A stretch of 64,000 nt of DNA from an uncultured bacterium (GCA_963716555.1 CAVQTJ010000019.1:168241-232240); one strand, 5' to 3'; positions 50,049 to 60,553 are shown, counted from the first letter of the stretch. The notes: generated by a model not told the origin, from the letters alone. Numbers and translations are program-made.

Positions 50049-50263
50049 GCCCGCCCAGGGCCGCCGACTCCGCATCCTCGACCGAGGATGCGATTCGCGA
50101 TGCCAGTCTTCACGGGGAGGTGATACCGGTCCTGGGGATTCGCACGTGCGATCGCCAGGATGACGAAGCCGGACGCGTCTGGGTATATTGAGGCGACGAT
50201 GAGAGGGAAGGAGGGAGCGGCTTCGGTGATGTCAACCGGCACCCTTGATCCGGCACGCCGCTG

Positions 50264-52297
50264 ATGTCGTTGCGCAAGCAGATCCTCCTGCTCGGGCTCT
50301 GGGCCGCGCTGCTGGCGATCGCCGTCGGCGTCGTGGTCTGGATCAAGCAACCCCAGCCCGCCTACGCCAGCCTGGGCACGCTGTCCCAGGCGGTGGCCGA
50401 GAACAGCAACCCCGGGGCCCCACCCCAGGAGCGGCTGTCGACCAACCCCCGGCAGGAGGCCCTGGTCGGAACCTCGTCGGTGACCTGGTGGGATGCCGCG
50501 GGCGGCGAGCACCAGACCCCGATCACCGATGCGGACCAGACCCTGGTGGTCGGATGGTTCTTTCAGGCCGGCTACATCAACTACACGACCGACACCGGTG
50601 TGCCCATGCAGACCCTGCTGCTGATCATCATCCCCACCCTCATCGTGGTGATGGTCATCGTCATCCTCTACTGGCGCAATGGGAGCTCGGGGATGACCCG
50701 GCTGCTGCGTTTCCGATCGCGCGGGGGTGCCGGCGACCGGCCCAGCACACGCTTCTCGGACGTGGCCGGATGCGACGAGGCCAAGCTCGAGCTGGGCGAG
50801 GTGGTGGAGTTCCTGCGCGACCCCGACCGCTACCAGCACCTCGGCGCTCGGGTGCCCAAGGGTGTGCTCCTGGTCGGACCCCCGGGCACCGGCAAGACGC
50901 TGATGGCCCGCGCCGTGGCCGGGGAGGCGGAGTGCGCCTTCCTCGCCCTCTCCGGCTCCGAGTTCGTCGAGATGTTCGTCGGAGTGGGCGCATCGCGGGT
51001 TCGCGACCTGTTTGCCCGCGCCCGGAAGTCGGCGCCCTGCATCGTCTTCGTGGACGAGATCGACGCCGTGGGTCGCCGTCGCGGCGGCAGCGGGGTGCAC
51101 CTCGGTCACGAGGAGCGAGAGCAGACCCTGAACCAGCTGCTGGTGGAGCTGGACGGATTCGACCAATCCTCTCGGATCGTGGTCATCGCCGCCACCAACC
51201 GCGCCGATGTCCTCGACGAGGCGCTGCTGCGACCGGGAAGGTTTGACCGCACCGTGACCGTCGAGGCCCCCGACGTCACCGGGCGGCTGGCGATCCTCCA
51301 GCTTCACTCCCGCGGGGTGCCGCTCGGTGCCGACACCGACCTCGGCGTGCTGGCTCGGCGGACCCCCGGGTTCACCGGGGCGGATCTCGCCAACCTGGTC
51401 AACGAGGCGGCTCTCCTCGCCGCCCGCGAGCACGCCCCCCTGGTGGGCATGGCGCACCTCGAACGGGCCGTCGACCGGGTCCTGGCCGGTCCGGAGCGCA
51501 AGGGCCGGCTGGTGAGCCTGGCCGAGCGCCGCATCATCGCCCACCACGAGATGGGTCACGCGCTGGTGCTGGGCTCGCTGCCCGGCACCGACCCGGTGCG
51601 CCGGGTCAGCCTGGTGGGACGCGGCCGGGCGCTGGGATGGACGCTCACCGTCCCCGAGGCCGACCGGGTGCTCGGCTCCAAGTCGCAGCTCACCGCCCGG
51701 CTGGTCGGGCTGCTGGGGGGGCGCGCCGCTGAGGAGCTGCTGCTCGGCCCCGACGACATCACCACCGGCGGTGCGGACGACCTCCTCAAGGCGACCCAGC
51801 TGGCCCGTCAGATGGTCGCGGAGCTGGGCATGTCCGGTCTCGGAATTCGGGTGATCGAGAGCGGGGGTGACCTGGGTCTGGGGCACTCCCATTCGGACGA
51901 ATTGGACCGCAGGATCGATCTCGAGGTCGACCGGCTTCTGGCGTCGGCCCTGGACCGGGCTCGGGAGATCCTGCTGGAGCGCCGCGGGCTGCTCGACGAT
52001 CTGGCCGACCGGCTCCTCGAGGTCGAGACCATGAGCGCCGAGCAGATGGCCGAGGTTGTGGCCGCTCAGCAGACCGTCGAGCTGCGCGGCATCCCCGCCC
52101 CGCGCCCGGACCGGAGGCCAGTCGCGGTGCCGGCCTCGGTCCCAGCGCCAGCCGCCCGTCCGGCGGTCGCCGCGATGACGGTGACCGATCCGGCCCTGCC
52201 CGCCGCGTCCGCCGCTCCGGCGGCGCGAGGCGGGGCGATGCGGACCCTGTTCCGCGTCGTGCGCGGTGCGCTTGGCCTGAGGGGCAGAGTGGCCTGA
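50264..52297 (+). CDS. ftsH: ATP-dependent zinc metalloprotease FtsH
   Basis: 677 aa with two TM segments, Walker A GPPGTGKT, Walker [31 protein letters not shown], and the zinc site HHEMGHAL. Confidence 0.9.
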   Translation: MSLRKQILLLGLWAALLAIAVGVVVWIKQPQPAYASLGTLSQAVAENSNPGAPPQERLSTNPRQEALVGTSSVTWWDAAGGEHQTPITDADQTLVVGWFFQAGYINYTTDTGVPMQTLLLIIIPTLIVVMVIVILYWRNGSSGMTRLLRFRSRGGAGDRPSTRFSDVAGCDEAKLELGEVVEFLRDPDRYQHLGARVPKGVLLVGPPGTGKTLMARAVAGEAECAFLALSGSEFVEMFVGVGASRVRDLFARARKSAPCIVFVDEIDAVGRRRGGSGVHLGHEEREQTLNQLLVELDGFDQSSRIVVIAATNRADVLDEALLRPGRFDRTVTVEAPDVTGRLAILQLHSRGVPLGADTDLGVLARRTPGFTGADLANLVNEAALLAAREHAPLVGMAHLERAVDRVLAGPERKGRLVSLAERRIIAHHEMGHALVLGSLPGTDPVRRVSLVGRGRALGWTLTVPEADRVLGSKSQLTARLVGLLGGRAAEELLLGPDDITTGGADDLLKATQLARQMVAELGMSGLGIRVIESGGDLGLGHSHSDELDRRIDLEVDRLLASALDRAREILLERRGLLDDLADRLLEVETMSAEQMAEVVAAQQTVELRGIPAPRPDRRPVAVPASVPAPAARPAVAAMTVTDPALPAASAAPAARGGAMRTLFRVVRGALGLRGRVA

Positions 52298-52407
52298 CCG
52301 GCTGAAGACTCGGTTCACCCCAACGGGTGAGTGAGGCCCTGGCCACGGTCGGCCCCGCAGCCGGGAGCGGGTGGATGGGGATGGCTCCGGCGGGCGTGCC
52401 GTACCGC

Positions 52408-52436
52408 TTGACACCGGCATCCACTCGCATCAAGAT
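52408..52436 (+). promoter_or_regulatory. Candidate orphan promoter downstream of ftsH
   Basis: A perfect TTGACA (52408-52413), a 17-nt spacer, then CAAGAT (52431-52436). Confidence 0.3.
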
Positions 52437-52442
52437 ATGGGG

Positions 52443-52534
52443 TCAGCAGCCGGAACGACCACTACATCTTGATCCCGGCTAGCGCCTTCTCCTTCGCCGG
52501 AGGCCCGATCCAGCAGTGGACCGGGCCTCTTTTT
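52443..52534 (+). ncRNA. Candidate ~90-nt small RNA (or ftsH 3' UTR end)
   Basis: It is bounded by the candidate promoter above and an intrinsic terminator. It contains an 8-bp inverted repeat, ATCAAGAT...ATCTTGAT (52429-52473, starting just upstream of the TSS). There is no credible ORF. Confidence 0.25.
52499..52534 (+). terminator. Rho-independent terminator (plus-strand orientation)
   Basis: GAGGCCCG (52500-52507), a 14-nt loop, CGGGCCTC (52522-52529), then TTTTT (52530-52534). Confidence 0.65.
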
Positions 52535-52563
52535 CTGGGTGGAAGATCCCCCGGGCGACCGCG

Positions 52564-53739
52564 TCAGCTCGAGGCCCACACCGGGGCGGCGTTGGCGTCC
52601 AGGTCCAGGCTGCTGGTGATCTGCTTCGGGGGCGACGGGGCGGCGGTGCCGGCGTTCTTGATGTACCAGAGCTCGAAGTAGCCGTCGCCGCTCTCCGGGG
52701 CGAGGTAGAGAAGGCTCCGGCCGTCGGTCGACCAAGCCGGAACCGCCGCCATGGTCCCGGTGACCAGGTGATCGAGGGTGCCGATGGTGCCGGTCTGGGC
52801 GTCGAAGCTGGCCACCACCAGGTCTGCCTCAGTGCTGCTCGGCGCCCCGTTGACCACCGGTGTGCAGATCATGGCGATCTCGGTCTGGGCGGGATTGAGG
52901 GTGGGCTGGGCGCAGTCGTCCTGGGGGGCGGTCAGCGCGGTGCCGTCAGAACTGGTCGGGCAGCGGCCGGACCCGACTCTCGGATCCATCCGGATCTGGC
53001 TGACCTCGGTGCCCGGAGCGGCTCCGGCGAAGGGCGTGCTCAGCTCGCCGGACCCGCCGTAGGCGGTCTCGTAGTCGACGTAGATCAGGCCGCCGCCGGT
53101 GAGCGGAACCGGGCTCACGTCACCACCGGTGTAGTAGTTGGCCCAGGTCTGCTCGGTGATGCCGGCGTGATCAACGACGTTCGAGCGGTCGATGCTGGTG
53201 CCCAGCGTGGTGCTCCAGATCGAGTAGTCGACCTGATAACCGTTGCCGGGCTCGCACACGCCCGCCTTGGGGTAGTCGTAGCTGAAGTACAGGGTGTTGC
53301 CCGGTCCCAGCGCCGGATAGAAGATCCAGTCGTCGTTGCCCAGGCTGGTGGCGGTGACCTTGCCCGAGTTGTGGCTGAGCTGCTGCATCACCCGACCGCT
53401 CAGGCTCAGCTCGTAGAGGTCGGAGTAGTAGTTGGGGGTCACCTTCACCGCGATCAGTCCGCTCCCGCCGGGGAGCAGGACCGGCTGGGTCCAGCCCTGC
53501 CCCTCGGGCTGAAGCTGGGTGACAGAGGTCCCCTTCAGAGCAAAGAGCCCCCCGTCGTCGGCGAAGTAGATGGTTCCGGGCAGGGCGAGCTGCGGGGCGA
53601 TCACGGTCTTGGTCGGGTTGGATGCGGGTGCGTCGACGCTGGTGGCCCTGCTGGCCAAGAAGCGGTTCACTCCGAGTCCGAAGACCGCCATCAGGACCAG
53701 GAGGCAGATGGCGGTGACCGCCCGGCGACCGTTGCTCAC
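52564..53739 (-). CDS. Membrane-anchored beta-propeller-like (PD40/TolB-like) protein
   Basis: 391 aa with an N-terminal TM anchor (AVTAICLLVLMAVFGLGV), beta-rich repeats and a PD40-like AWSTDGRSLLYLA. Its GTG start overlaps the LCP stop (GTGA). Confidence 0.45.
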   Translation of the reverse strand: MSNGRRAVTAICLLVLMAVFGLGVNRFLASRATSVDAPASNPTKTVIAPQLALPGTIYFADDGGLFALKGTSVTQLQPEGQGWTQPVLLPGGSGLIAVKVTPNYYSDLYELSLSGRVMQQLSHNSGKVTATSLGNDDWIFYPALGPGNTLYFSYDYPKAGVCEPGNGYQVDYSIWSTTLGTSIDRSNVVDHAGITEQTWANYYTGGDVSPVPLTGGGLIYVDYETAYGGSGELSTPFAGAAPGTEVSQIRMDPRVGSGRCPTSSDGTALTAPQDDCAQPTLNPAQTEIAMICTPVVNGAPSSTEADLVVASFDAQTGTIGTLDHLVTGTMAAVPAWSTDGRSLLYLAPESGDGYFELWYIKNAGTAAPSPPKQITSSLDLDANAAPVWASS

Positions 53740-54845
53740 GGGGCCGGGAAGTACTGGTGGATCACGGGGAGGATCTGGCTCATGTTGGGCATCAGGACGT
53801 CCTGCGTACCCACGTACTGGTTGCTGAACTGGGTGAGGAACACGTGCTGGATGTTCCCGGAGTCGATGTCCTTGGCAAGTCCGAGCAGGGTGGGCAGCTG
53901 GGTGAGCGGGACGTCGGTCAGCAGCTGGCCACTCAGGGCGGAGGCGATCTCATTGACGTCACCGAGACTGAGCTGGGAGAGCTTCTGGCGCAGCGCCACC
54001 AGCACCTGCTGCTGGCGGATGGTCCGTCCCAGGTCCTCGGAGATGTCGTCGTGGCGAGATCGGACATACTCCAGGGCCTCCAAGCCGTCCATGTGCTGCG
54101 CCCCGGGGAGCACCGACACCCGGTCGGCGGCGTTGGGGTTGGTGCTGCCGGCGACGTCGTAGGGATAGTTGTCGTCCATCACCGGATGGCTGGCCACGAT
54201 GTCGATGCCGCCCACATCGTTGATCAGGTTGATGAGGCCCTGCAGCCCGATCCACACGTAGTGGTCCACCTGCACCTGGAAGTCGTCCTCGATGGTGGCG
54301 ATCTCGGCGTTGGCGCCGTTGGTGCCGTCACCGGTGCCATTGCCGAATGCCTGGTCGACCTTGCCGTCCCCCTCTGCCCGGCCGCTGGGGCCGTAGAGCC
54401 GGACCCAGAGGTCGCGGGGGATCGAGAGCATGGTCACGCTGCCGGCCGTGGGGTCGACCCGCATCAGGATCAGCGACTGGGCGCAGCAGAACACCGGCAC
54501 ACCGCCACTGTGGAACTTGCTGTCGTTGTCGGAGCCCATCAGCAGGACGGTGAAGGCTGCGCCGGATCCGCTGTCGGGCGTGGGCGTCGCTGCGCCTGGT
54601 GTGACGGCTCCGCTGGGCGACGGGCCCGGTGACTGCTGGTTGATGCCGTGGCCGGTGGCGCCGAGGGCGGCGGTGATGGTGGGCCAGAAGAAGCTGACCC
54701 CACCTCCCACCCCGGACAGCAGAAACCCCAGCACTACCAGCACCACCCAGCGCAGCCGCGGCACCCCGACCGCGTAACGCGAACGGCGTCGGCGCGCGCG
54801 GTGCGCACCGGCCGGGCGCGAATCGCCACTTCGAAGGTCGCTCAT
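53736..54845 (-). CDS. LytR-CpsA-Psr (LCP) family cell-envelope glycopolymer transferase
   Basis: A TM anchor followed by FTVLLMGSDND...ILMRVDPTAGSVTMLSIPRDLWV...VNLINDVGGIDI. I chose the ATG at 54845. The track ORF extends to 55016. Confidence 0.75.
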   Translation of the reverse strand: MSDLRSGDSRPAGAHRARRRRSRYAVGVPRLRWVVLVVLGFLLSGVGGGVSFFWPTITAALGATGHGINQQSPGPSPSGAVTPGAATPTPDSGSGAAFTVLLMGSDNDSKFHSGGVPVFCCAQSLILMRVDPTAGSVTMLSIPRDLWVRLYGPSGRAEGDGKVDQAFGNGTGDGTNGANAEIATIEDDFQVQVDHYVWIGLQGLINLINDVGGIDIVASHPVMDDNYPYDVAGSTNPNAADRVSVLPGAQHMDGLEALEYVRSRHDDISEDLGRTIRQQQVLVALRQKLSQLSLGDVNEIASALSGQLLTDVPLTQLPTLLGLAKDIDSGNIQHVFLTQFSNQYVGTQDVLMPNMSQILPVIHQYFPAP

Positions 54846-55147
54846 CTCACCCGGTGGCCGTCGGAGCTGCGAGAACGAATCCCTCCGTCCCTCGGCCTCC
54901 CGCCGATGCCTGCGGCCTCCGATTCCATGGCGCCGGCATGACCACCGCCGGCTGGGGGCGCGAGGCTCATCGCGCTGACCTCCAGTGCTAGGGACCAGGC
55001 CACAGCCGCGGCGCAAGCCGGCGACTGTCCGCCGGATGGCCCCAATGGCCGGATCATAGCCGGTGAGGCAGGGTCAGCGCCGGTCCGAACGCGGTTGACA
55101 ACCCAGCGCGGACACTGCGCAAACCAGGGAGGTTCAGTCCAGACCGG

Positions 55148-56440
55148 ATGCGACGAGAGCGAATCGAGGCTGACCAGGCCCTCTTTGCCGAACGGCTCGC
55201 GGGGCGGGCGGTGGGAGCCCGCCGCAGTCTGGCGCGAGCGCGAGCGCTCGCCCCTCACCTGGGCATCGACCTCGCCGGGTGGGCGCGACGGCCCGAACGC
55301 GTCCTCACTGTGGTCGGCTCCAAGGGCAAGGGCACAGCCGCGACCTTCGCTTCCGTGGTGCTGGCCGCCTCCGGGCTGCGGGTGGGAACGCTCACCAGCC
55401 CAGGGCTGCTCGGCAATCGTGAGCGGATCAGGGTCGATGGGAGAGCGATCACTCGCCAGCAATACGAACCGCTGGTCGGTTTTGTTGCAGAGACGGTCAC
55501 CCGGGTGGGTGGGTCGCTGCCTGGCGATGGCTACCTCTCGCCTGGCGGGCTTTTCACTCTTGCTGCGCTTCGGCATTTCGAGGAGCAGGACTGCGACGCG
55601 GTGGTTCTCGAGGCCGGCATGGGCGGAGCCTCAGACGAGGTCTCGCTGGTGGTGCCGGCGGTGGCGGCGATCACGGCAATCCTCGGCGAGCACCTGGGGG
55701 TCCTCGGGGCGAGCGTCGGGGAGATCGCCATCGAGAAGGCCGGGGTCATCAGGGCTGGGACCCTGCAGGTGGTGGCCGCCGCCCAGCGGTTCCCCGAGGC
55801 TGAGCTGGCCATCGCCGCCGCAGCCCAAGCGCTCGGCTGCGGCCTGCATGTCGTTGAGGCGAGCGATCCCAGGGTCGCGGTCGCCCTCGCCGCCATGGTC
55901 GCTGCGGCCGGTTCCGAGCCGTCAGGGGCGCGCCCGAAGGCAGCACACCTGCCCGCCGGGTTGGCAGCGGTGAGCGCTGCTGTTGGGGTCATCGCTGCGC
56001 TTCGCCTGCTGGGGCTGCGCGGACTGCCGGCTCCCGGCCCGGACGCCCTGGACACCGCGCTCCTCAGAGTCCGCCTCCCGGGCCGGCTCAGCCACCATCG
56101 GCGCGGAGGGCAGCGGTGGATCGTTGACTGCGCCACCAACCCGGCGGCCATCAGCGCTGCGCTCGAGCACGCCACCGCGAGCATCGGCCCACCCACCGCG
56201 GTCCTGACCTTCATCCCCCGGCACCGCCACCCCGACGCGCTCCTTGAGCCGCTGCGTGGTCAGCCCGTGGTCCGGGTCCTGGGTGGACCGGCGGGGCCGC
56301 AGCCCGGCGGGGGCGCGGTGATGCGCCTCGACGCCGTGGACCTGGATGGGCTCGGCCCCCGGGTGCTCGTCGTGGGACCGGTGTACTTCGCCGGCGAGGT
56401 CCTGGCCATGCTGGGGGTCGACGGGGAGCGCAGCTTCTGA
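55148..56440 (+). CDS. folC: Mur-ligase-family folylpolyglutamate/dihydrofolate synthase-like protein
   Basis: 430 aa with the P-loop VVGSKGKGTAATF and VLEAGMGGASDEVS. The length and order are typical of FolC. The symbol is tentative. Confidence 0.55.
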   Translation: MRRERIEADQALFAERLAGRAVGARRSLARARALAPHLGIDLAGWARRPERVLTVVGSKGKGTAATFASVVLAASGLRVGTLTSPGLLGNRERIRVDGRAITRQQYEPLVGFVAETVTRVGGSLPGDGYLSPGGLFTLAALRHFEEQDCDAVVLEAGMGGASDEVSLVVPAVAAITAILGEHLGVLGASVGEIAIEKAGVIRAGTLQVVAAAQRFPEAELAIAAAAQALGCGLHVVEASDPRVAVALAAMVAAAGSEPSGARPKAAHLPAGLAAVSAAVGVIAALRLLGLRGLPAPGPDALDTALLRVRLPGRLSHHRRGGQRWIVDCATNPAAISAALEHATASIGPPTAVLTFIPRHRHPDALLEPLRGQPVVRVLGGPAGPQPGGGAVMRLDAVDLDGLGPRVLVVGPVYFAGEVLAMLGVDGERSF

Positions 56441-56459
56441 GCCGCCAGGTCGCCTCTCA

Positions 56460-57116
56460 TCACCAGCGGTGCTGCCCGCCGGGCAGATGTGAGGTGTCGT
56501 TCCAGCGCCAGATTATCGGGGATCCGCGGTCCCAGCCCACCGTCGACACCGCGCCCGCCGAGAACGCCAGGTGCTCCGCCGCCAGCGGAGGCAGACCGCA
56601 CCAGCGCGCCGCCAGGATGCGCAGGAAGTGGCCGTGGGCGAAAATGGCCACATCACCGGAAACCTTCCGTACCCGGGCCACCACCAACTCGGCACGGCGG
56701 CTGACGTCGTCGATGGTCTCGCCACCGACCACTCCGTCTCGCCAGATCGTCCAGCCGGGGCGCTCCTCCTGGATCTCCTCGGCGGTCCTGCCCTCGTAGA
56801 CCCCGTAGTCCCACTCCTGCACGTCCGGGTCTGACTGCGCCTGACCCGCCCAGCCGGCGATCTCGCAGGTGCTGCGAGCGCGACGGAGGGGGCTGACCAG
56901 CACGCAGGAGAACCGCCATTCCCGAAGCATCTGTCCCAGCCAGCCTGCCTGGGCAACCCCCTCGGAATCGAGCGGGATGTCGCTGCGCCCGGTGTGCCGC
57001 CCGGCCCTGCTCCACTCGGTCTCGCCATGGCGAACCAGCACCACCAGCTGCTGCCTGCGCTCAGGGGCGGGGTCGACAGCCGCGGAGGCCCCGGGCTGGG
57101 TCCCCGCCCGGGTCAT
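56460..57116 (-). CDS. Histidine phosphatase (phosphoglycerate-mutase-like) family protein
   Basis: VVLVRHGETEWS...SPLRRARSTCE...IFAHGHFLR. The ATG at 57116 forms an ATGA overlap with the upstream gene's stop. Confidence 0.75.
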   Translation of the reverse strand: MTRAGTQPGASAAVDPAPERRQQLVVLVRHGETEWSRAGRHTGRSDIPLDSEGVAQAGWLGQMLREWRFSCVLVSPLRRARSTCEIAGWAGQAQSDPDVQEWDYGVYEGRTAEEIQEERPGWTIWRDGVVGGETIDDVSRRAELVVARVRKVSGDVAIFAHGHFLRILAARWCGLPPLAAEHLAFSAGAVSTVGWDRGSPIIWRWNDTSHLPGGQHRW

Positions 57117-57490
57117 CGGGGAAGCAGTCGCCTCCCCCTGCCACCGGCGACGCGATGCCGGTGCGGGGTGACCAGGCGCACGACCCCGAGCAGGACCGTG
57201 GCCCCCAGGAAGGACACGATCACGCTCTCGACAAGGCCAAGGAACCCGCTGGCGCTGAGCAGCGAGGGGGCAACGAAATGAATGACCAGCCCCCCGAGAA
57301 GGCCACCCGCCACACCGAACACCAGGTCCATGAGGCAGCCGAGGCCCCGGCCCTGGACCACGCGTCCCGCCAGAGCGCCGGCGATGATGCCGACGATCAC
57401 CCAGGCCAGCACGAGGTGGATGGCGGCCAGGATCGCCCACACGAATAGGACGAGCAGCACAACTGCGGCGAGCACCATCAAGAGGGTCAT
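57113..57490 (-). CDS. GlsB/YeaQ/YmgE-family small membrane (transglycosylase-associated) protein
   Basis: 125 aa. The helices are Gly-rich (IVGIIAGALAGRVVQGRGLGCLMDLVFGVAGGLLGG). Confidence 0.6.
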   Translation of the reverse strand: MTLLMVLAAVVLLVLFVWAILAAIHLVLAWVIVGIIAGALAGRVVQGRGLGCLMDLVFGVAGGLLGGLVIHFVAPSLLSASGFLGLVESVIVSFLGATVLLGVVRLVTPHRHRVAGGRGRRLLPR

Positions 57491-57500
57491 CGCGACAACC

Positions 57501-58586
57501 CTACCCGCTGACCGGGTGGCGGCGCCGGGACTGATCGGCGATCGCCCTGACCTTGCCGGCGACCGCCCCCCAGGGGGCGTCCGGGGCAACCGTGTAGGGC
57601 AAGAGCCGGGTGGCGCGCCCGGCGTACCGGCGCACCAGGGCAGTGGGCAGCTCGTCCCAGCTGGCGGCGGTGCACACCGCATCGAGCAGGCCGTCGTCGA
57701 TCACCGCGGGCATCTCAGCCCACTCCCCCCGGACACTGTGGCGGTGCAGCCGGTCGGCGACTTCTCCCCTCCCCTCCAGCTCGAGGACCGGGCGGTAGGT
57801 GGGAGTCGATGCGTAGAAGGCGACCTGCGCGCGCATGGTCTCCCGGGCTGAGGCGACGGCATCCGGGGTGGGCCCGGTGGCAATCATCGCCGGCACGACC
57901 CATTCCAGGGCGTCGGGGTCGCGACCCGCCGCGAAGGCCGCGGCCTGGACGGTCGGCAGCACCACCTGGTCGAGGTAGCGCTCGGTGTGCAGGGGGTGGA
58001 CATGGACGCCATCGGCCTCGGCCCCGGCAACCCGGAGCATCGCCTCGCCCACGGCGGCGAGGCAGATGCGAGGAGCACCCGCCGGCAGGGGGCCCGGGTT
58101 GAAGAAGGGGGGCAGGAGGCTCAGCGTGTAGAACTCGCCGTGGTGATCCAGAGGCATCCCCTCCTGGAAGCTCTTCCAGATCGCCCGGATCGCCCTCAGC
58201 AGGTCGCGCATCCGCGCCGCGGGGCGGTCGGCGGGCACCGAGTAGCGCCGCTCGTTGTGGGCTCGGACCTGGGCGCCGAGGCCGAGAACGAAGCGGCCGC
58301 CAGAGGCTCGCTGCAGGTCCCAGGCCACCTGGGCATGGACCATCGGGCTGCGCGGGAAAGCCACGGCGATGGCGGTCCCGAGGGTGATCCGCTGGGTGGC
58401 GAGCGCCGCAGGGAGCAGCGGAAGGTAGGGATCATGGCCGACCTCGGCCGACCAGACGCCGTCGAGTCCGTCGGCCTCCGCCATCCGGGCGGTGGTACCG
58501 GGGTCGTCGCCGGCGAAGCCGAGCGGCAGATCGAAGAACACCACCGCCAGCTTATCGGGGCTCGGGCGCAGGTCGCACCGCTGCAC
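57501..58586 (-). CDS. Luciferase-like monooxygenase (LLM) class, probably an F420-dependent oxidoreductase
   Basis: The LLM pattern is present (GLDGVWSAEVGHDPYLPL...ITLGTAIAVAFPRSPM...RFVLGLGAQVRAHNERRY). I chose the GTG at 58586. The track ORF extends to 58772. Confidence 0.65.
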   Translation of the reverse strand: MQRCDLRPSPDKLAVVFFDLPLGFAGDDPGTTARMAEADGLDGVWSAEVGHDPYLPLLPAALATQRITLGTAIAVAFPRSPMVHAQVAWDLQRASGGRFVLGLGAQVRAHNERRYSVPADRPAARMRDLLRAIRAIWKSFQEGMPLDHHGEFYTLSLLPPFFNPGPLPAGAPRICLAAVGEAMLRVAGAEADGVHVHPLHTERYLDQVVLPTVQAAAFAAGRDPDALEWVVPAMIATGPTPDAVASARETMRAQVAFYASTPTYRPVLELEGRGEVADRLHRHSVRGEWAEMPAVIDDGLLDAVCTAASWDELPTALVRRYAGRATRLLPYTVAPDAPWGAVAGKVRAIADQSRRRHPVSG

Positions 58587-58614
58587 CCGGCGAGCGAATA
58601 GGATCGGGGCCGGA

Positions 58615-59247
58615 ATGCTTCTGATCGCGGCGGCCAACCCCTCTCCGAGCCCGGTCGCCACGTGCGAGACCAATCCCCTGGAGCAGGTTTGCTCGGCGGT
58701 CCAGGGGGCCACCGGCGGCAGCACCAGCGTGCTGGGACCTCTGGTGCAGCACGTGCTCGCAGGCGTGATCATCTTCGTGATCGTCCTGCTGGTGGGGCGG
58801 CTCTGCCGGCGCCTGGTGCGCGGCGCACTGGACCACGCCCGCGGCGATCCTCAGGTCCACGGCCTCGCCCGCAACGTCCTCACCGTGACCACCTGGACGG
58901 TCGCGGTGGTGGGCGGGCTGGTGGCCGGCGGTCTGGACGCGGCCTACGTGTTCACCTTTGGCGGGATATTCAGCCTGGCCATCGGCCTGGCCTTCCAGGA
59001 TCTGCTGCGCAGCGTGCTGGCGGGGATTTTCATCCTGATGGAGAAGCCGTTCCGGATCGGGGACGAGATCAGCGTGGCCGAGCAGGCGGGGAGGGTGCGC
59101 GAGATCGCGCTCAGGACCACCTCACTGCTCACCGCCGACGGGCGGGTGGCGGTCATCCCCAACATGCTGGTGTTCCAGAGCGCCGTCGTGGTGGGCGAGC
59201 AACCGCTGGCGGCGGAGCCCGCCTCGAGCGCCGACCACTCAGCCTGA
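58615..59247 (+). CDS. MscS-family mechanosensitive channel (short form)
   Basis: GGIFSLAIGLAFQDLLRSVLAGIFILMEKPFRIGDEISV...VIPNMLV. At only 210 aa, the usual C-terminal domain appears absent. Confidence 0.65.
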   Translation: MLLIAAANPSPSPVATCETNPLEQVCSAVQGATGGSTSVLGPLVQHVLAGVIIFVIVLLVGRLCRRLVRGALDHARGDPQVHGLARNVLTVTTWTVAVVGGLVAGGLDAAYVFTFGGIFSLAIGLAFQDLLRSVLAGIFILMEKPFRIGDEISVAEQAGRVREIALRTTSLLTADGRVAVIPNMLVFQSAVVVGEQPLAAEPASSADHSA

Positions 59248-59370
59248 CAGGTCGGAGGGAGCCCCCCTCAGCGGGGCGTCCCGCGGTTGGCCCAGGCGCA
59301 TCCAGCGCTCAACCGCACCGGCGCATCGTACGGCCCGAGCCAGGTGGCGGGATGGTCCGTGTGCGGACCG

Positions 59371-60093
59371 TCAAGGCTTGACAGGGGCCGGCCCAGGGAT
59401 TGTGGCGGATGCTGCAGGCGCGTTTCCCACCGTGGCAGGGCTGCAACTCACTCCTCGGTGGGTCGGCTCCTCGGCTTCCGGGGCCGGAGGAGCCGCCTCC
59501 GGCGCCGCAACCTCCTCCTCAACCGCGACCCGCAGGGCTGCGATCTTGGCGACCACCTCTTCGGGATCGACATGGCCGGGAAGGGTGACACCGGGGGGAA
59601 GGACCACATCGCGAACCCGGACGGCCTGGTCGATCTCGCTGAGCCCGCTCACGTCGACCTGCAGGTGAGAGGGCAGGCCGGCGGGAAGCGCCTCCACACG
59701 GAGGGCTGCGATCACCTGCTGAAGGATTCCGATCTTGAGCTGACTTACGGCCGGCGGATCTCCGACGGTGACCACCGGGACCTCAACGATCATCCGCTCC
59801 CGGAGGTTGACGGCCTGGAAGTCGACATGCAGGGGCCGGGCGCTGCGCGGGTCGATCTGAAACTCTCGAATCAGCACCTTGCGCGCGGCCTTGCCCTCGA
59901 CGGAGAGGTCGACCAGATGGGTGCGGCCGGCCCGCTGCCAGACCCGAATCAGGGCGCCGGCTTCGGTGACGATCGCCTGAGGCTCGAGAGATTGGCCGTA
60001 GAGGACCGCGGGAACCTGACCGGCGCGGCGGAGAGCACCGGCGTGCCGGCCCCGCTCCGAGCGGGCGCGAGCGGCGAGGGTGAGATCGGCCAC
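59371..60093 (-). CDS. rplY: 50S ribosomal protein L25 / general stress protein Ctc
   Basis: 240 aa with RRAGQVPAVLYG...HLVDLSVEG...VLIREFQIDP...LHVDFQ. The C-terminal tail is acidic and Pro-rich. Confidence 0.85.
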   Translation of the reverse strand: MADLTLAARARSERGRHAGALRRAGQVPAVLYGQSLEPQAIVTEAGALIRVWQRAGRTHLVDLSVEGKAARKVLIREFQIDPRSARPLHVDFQAVNLRERMIVEVPVVTVGDPPAVSQLKIGILQQVIAALRVEALPAGLPSHLQVDVSGLSEIDQAVRVRDVVLPPGVTLPGHVDPEEVVAKIAALRVAVEEEVAAPEAAPPAPEAEEPTHRGVSCSPATVGNAPAASATIPGPAPVKP

Positions 60094-60117
60094 GAGGCCT
60101 GGACTATAGCAGCGGGT

Positions 60118-60540
60118 TCAGCCCGGCCCGCTCCCGAATCGCTCCTTCACCCAGGTCACCGCCTCATCGAGAGAGGTGCCGGGGGTGAAGACGCGAGCCA
60201 CCCCCAGGCGCTCCAGCTCGGCCACGTCGCTCTCGGGCACGATCCCGCCCCCGAAGACCACGATGTCCTCCGCGCCCTTGTCCCGAAGCAGCCGGATCAC
60301 CTCGGGGAAGAGGGTCATGTGAGCGCCGCTCAGGATGCTGATGCCGATGCCATCGACCCCCTCCTGGATGGCGGCGTCGGCCACCATCTCGGGGGTCTGG
60401 TGGAGGCCGGTGTAGATCACCTCCACTCCGGCGTCGCGCAGCGCTCGGGAGATCACCTTGATCCCGCGATCGTGGCCGTCGAGACCGACCTTGGCGGTGA
60501 GGATCCGGATGCGCCGTCCTGGCCCGCGGCTCTCGGACAT
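60118..60540 (-). CDS. Cobalamin (B12)-binding domain protein (methylmalonyl-CoA-mutase small-subunit-like)
   Basis: [63 protein letters not shown] contains the DxHxxG B12-binding signature. The ATG is at 60540. Confidence 0.8.
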   Translation of the reverse strand: MSESRGPGRRIRILTAKVGLDGHDRGIKVISRALRDAGVEVIYTGLHQTPEMVADAAIQEGVDGIGISILSGAHMTLFPEVIRLLRDKGAEDIVVFGGGIVPESDVAELERLGVARVFTPGTSLDEAVTWVKERFGSGPG

Positions 60541-60553
60541 CGTCCTGCCCAGT

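Noticed and set aside
59371-59470. The odd C-terminal tail of L25/Ctc (...EAEEPTHRGVSCSPATVGNAPAASATIPGPAPVKP). It could result from an extra C in CCGACCCACC, in which case the protein would end ...EEPTTEE*.
   Set aside because: This is plausible but unsupported. Ctc C-terminal tails are variable and low-complexity, and I have no independent evidence for an indel.
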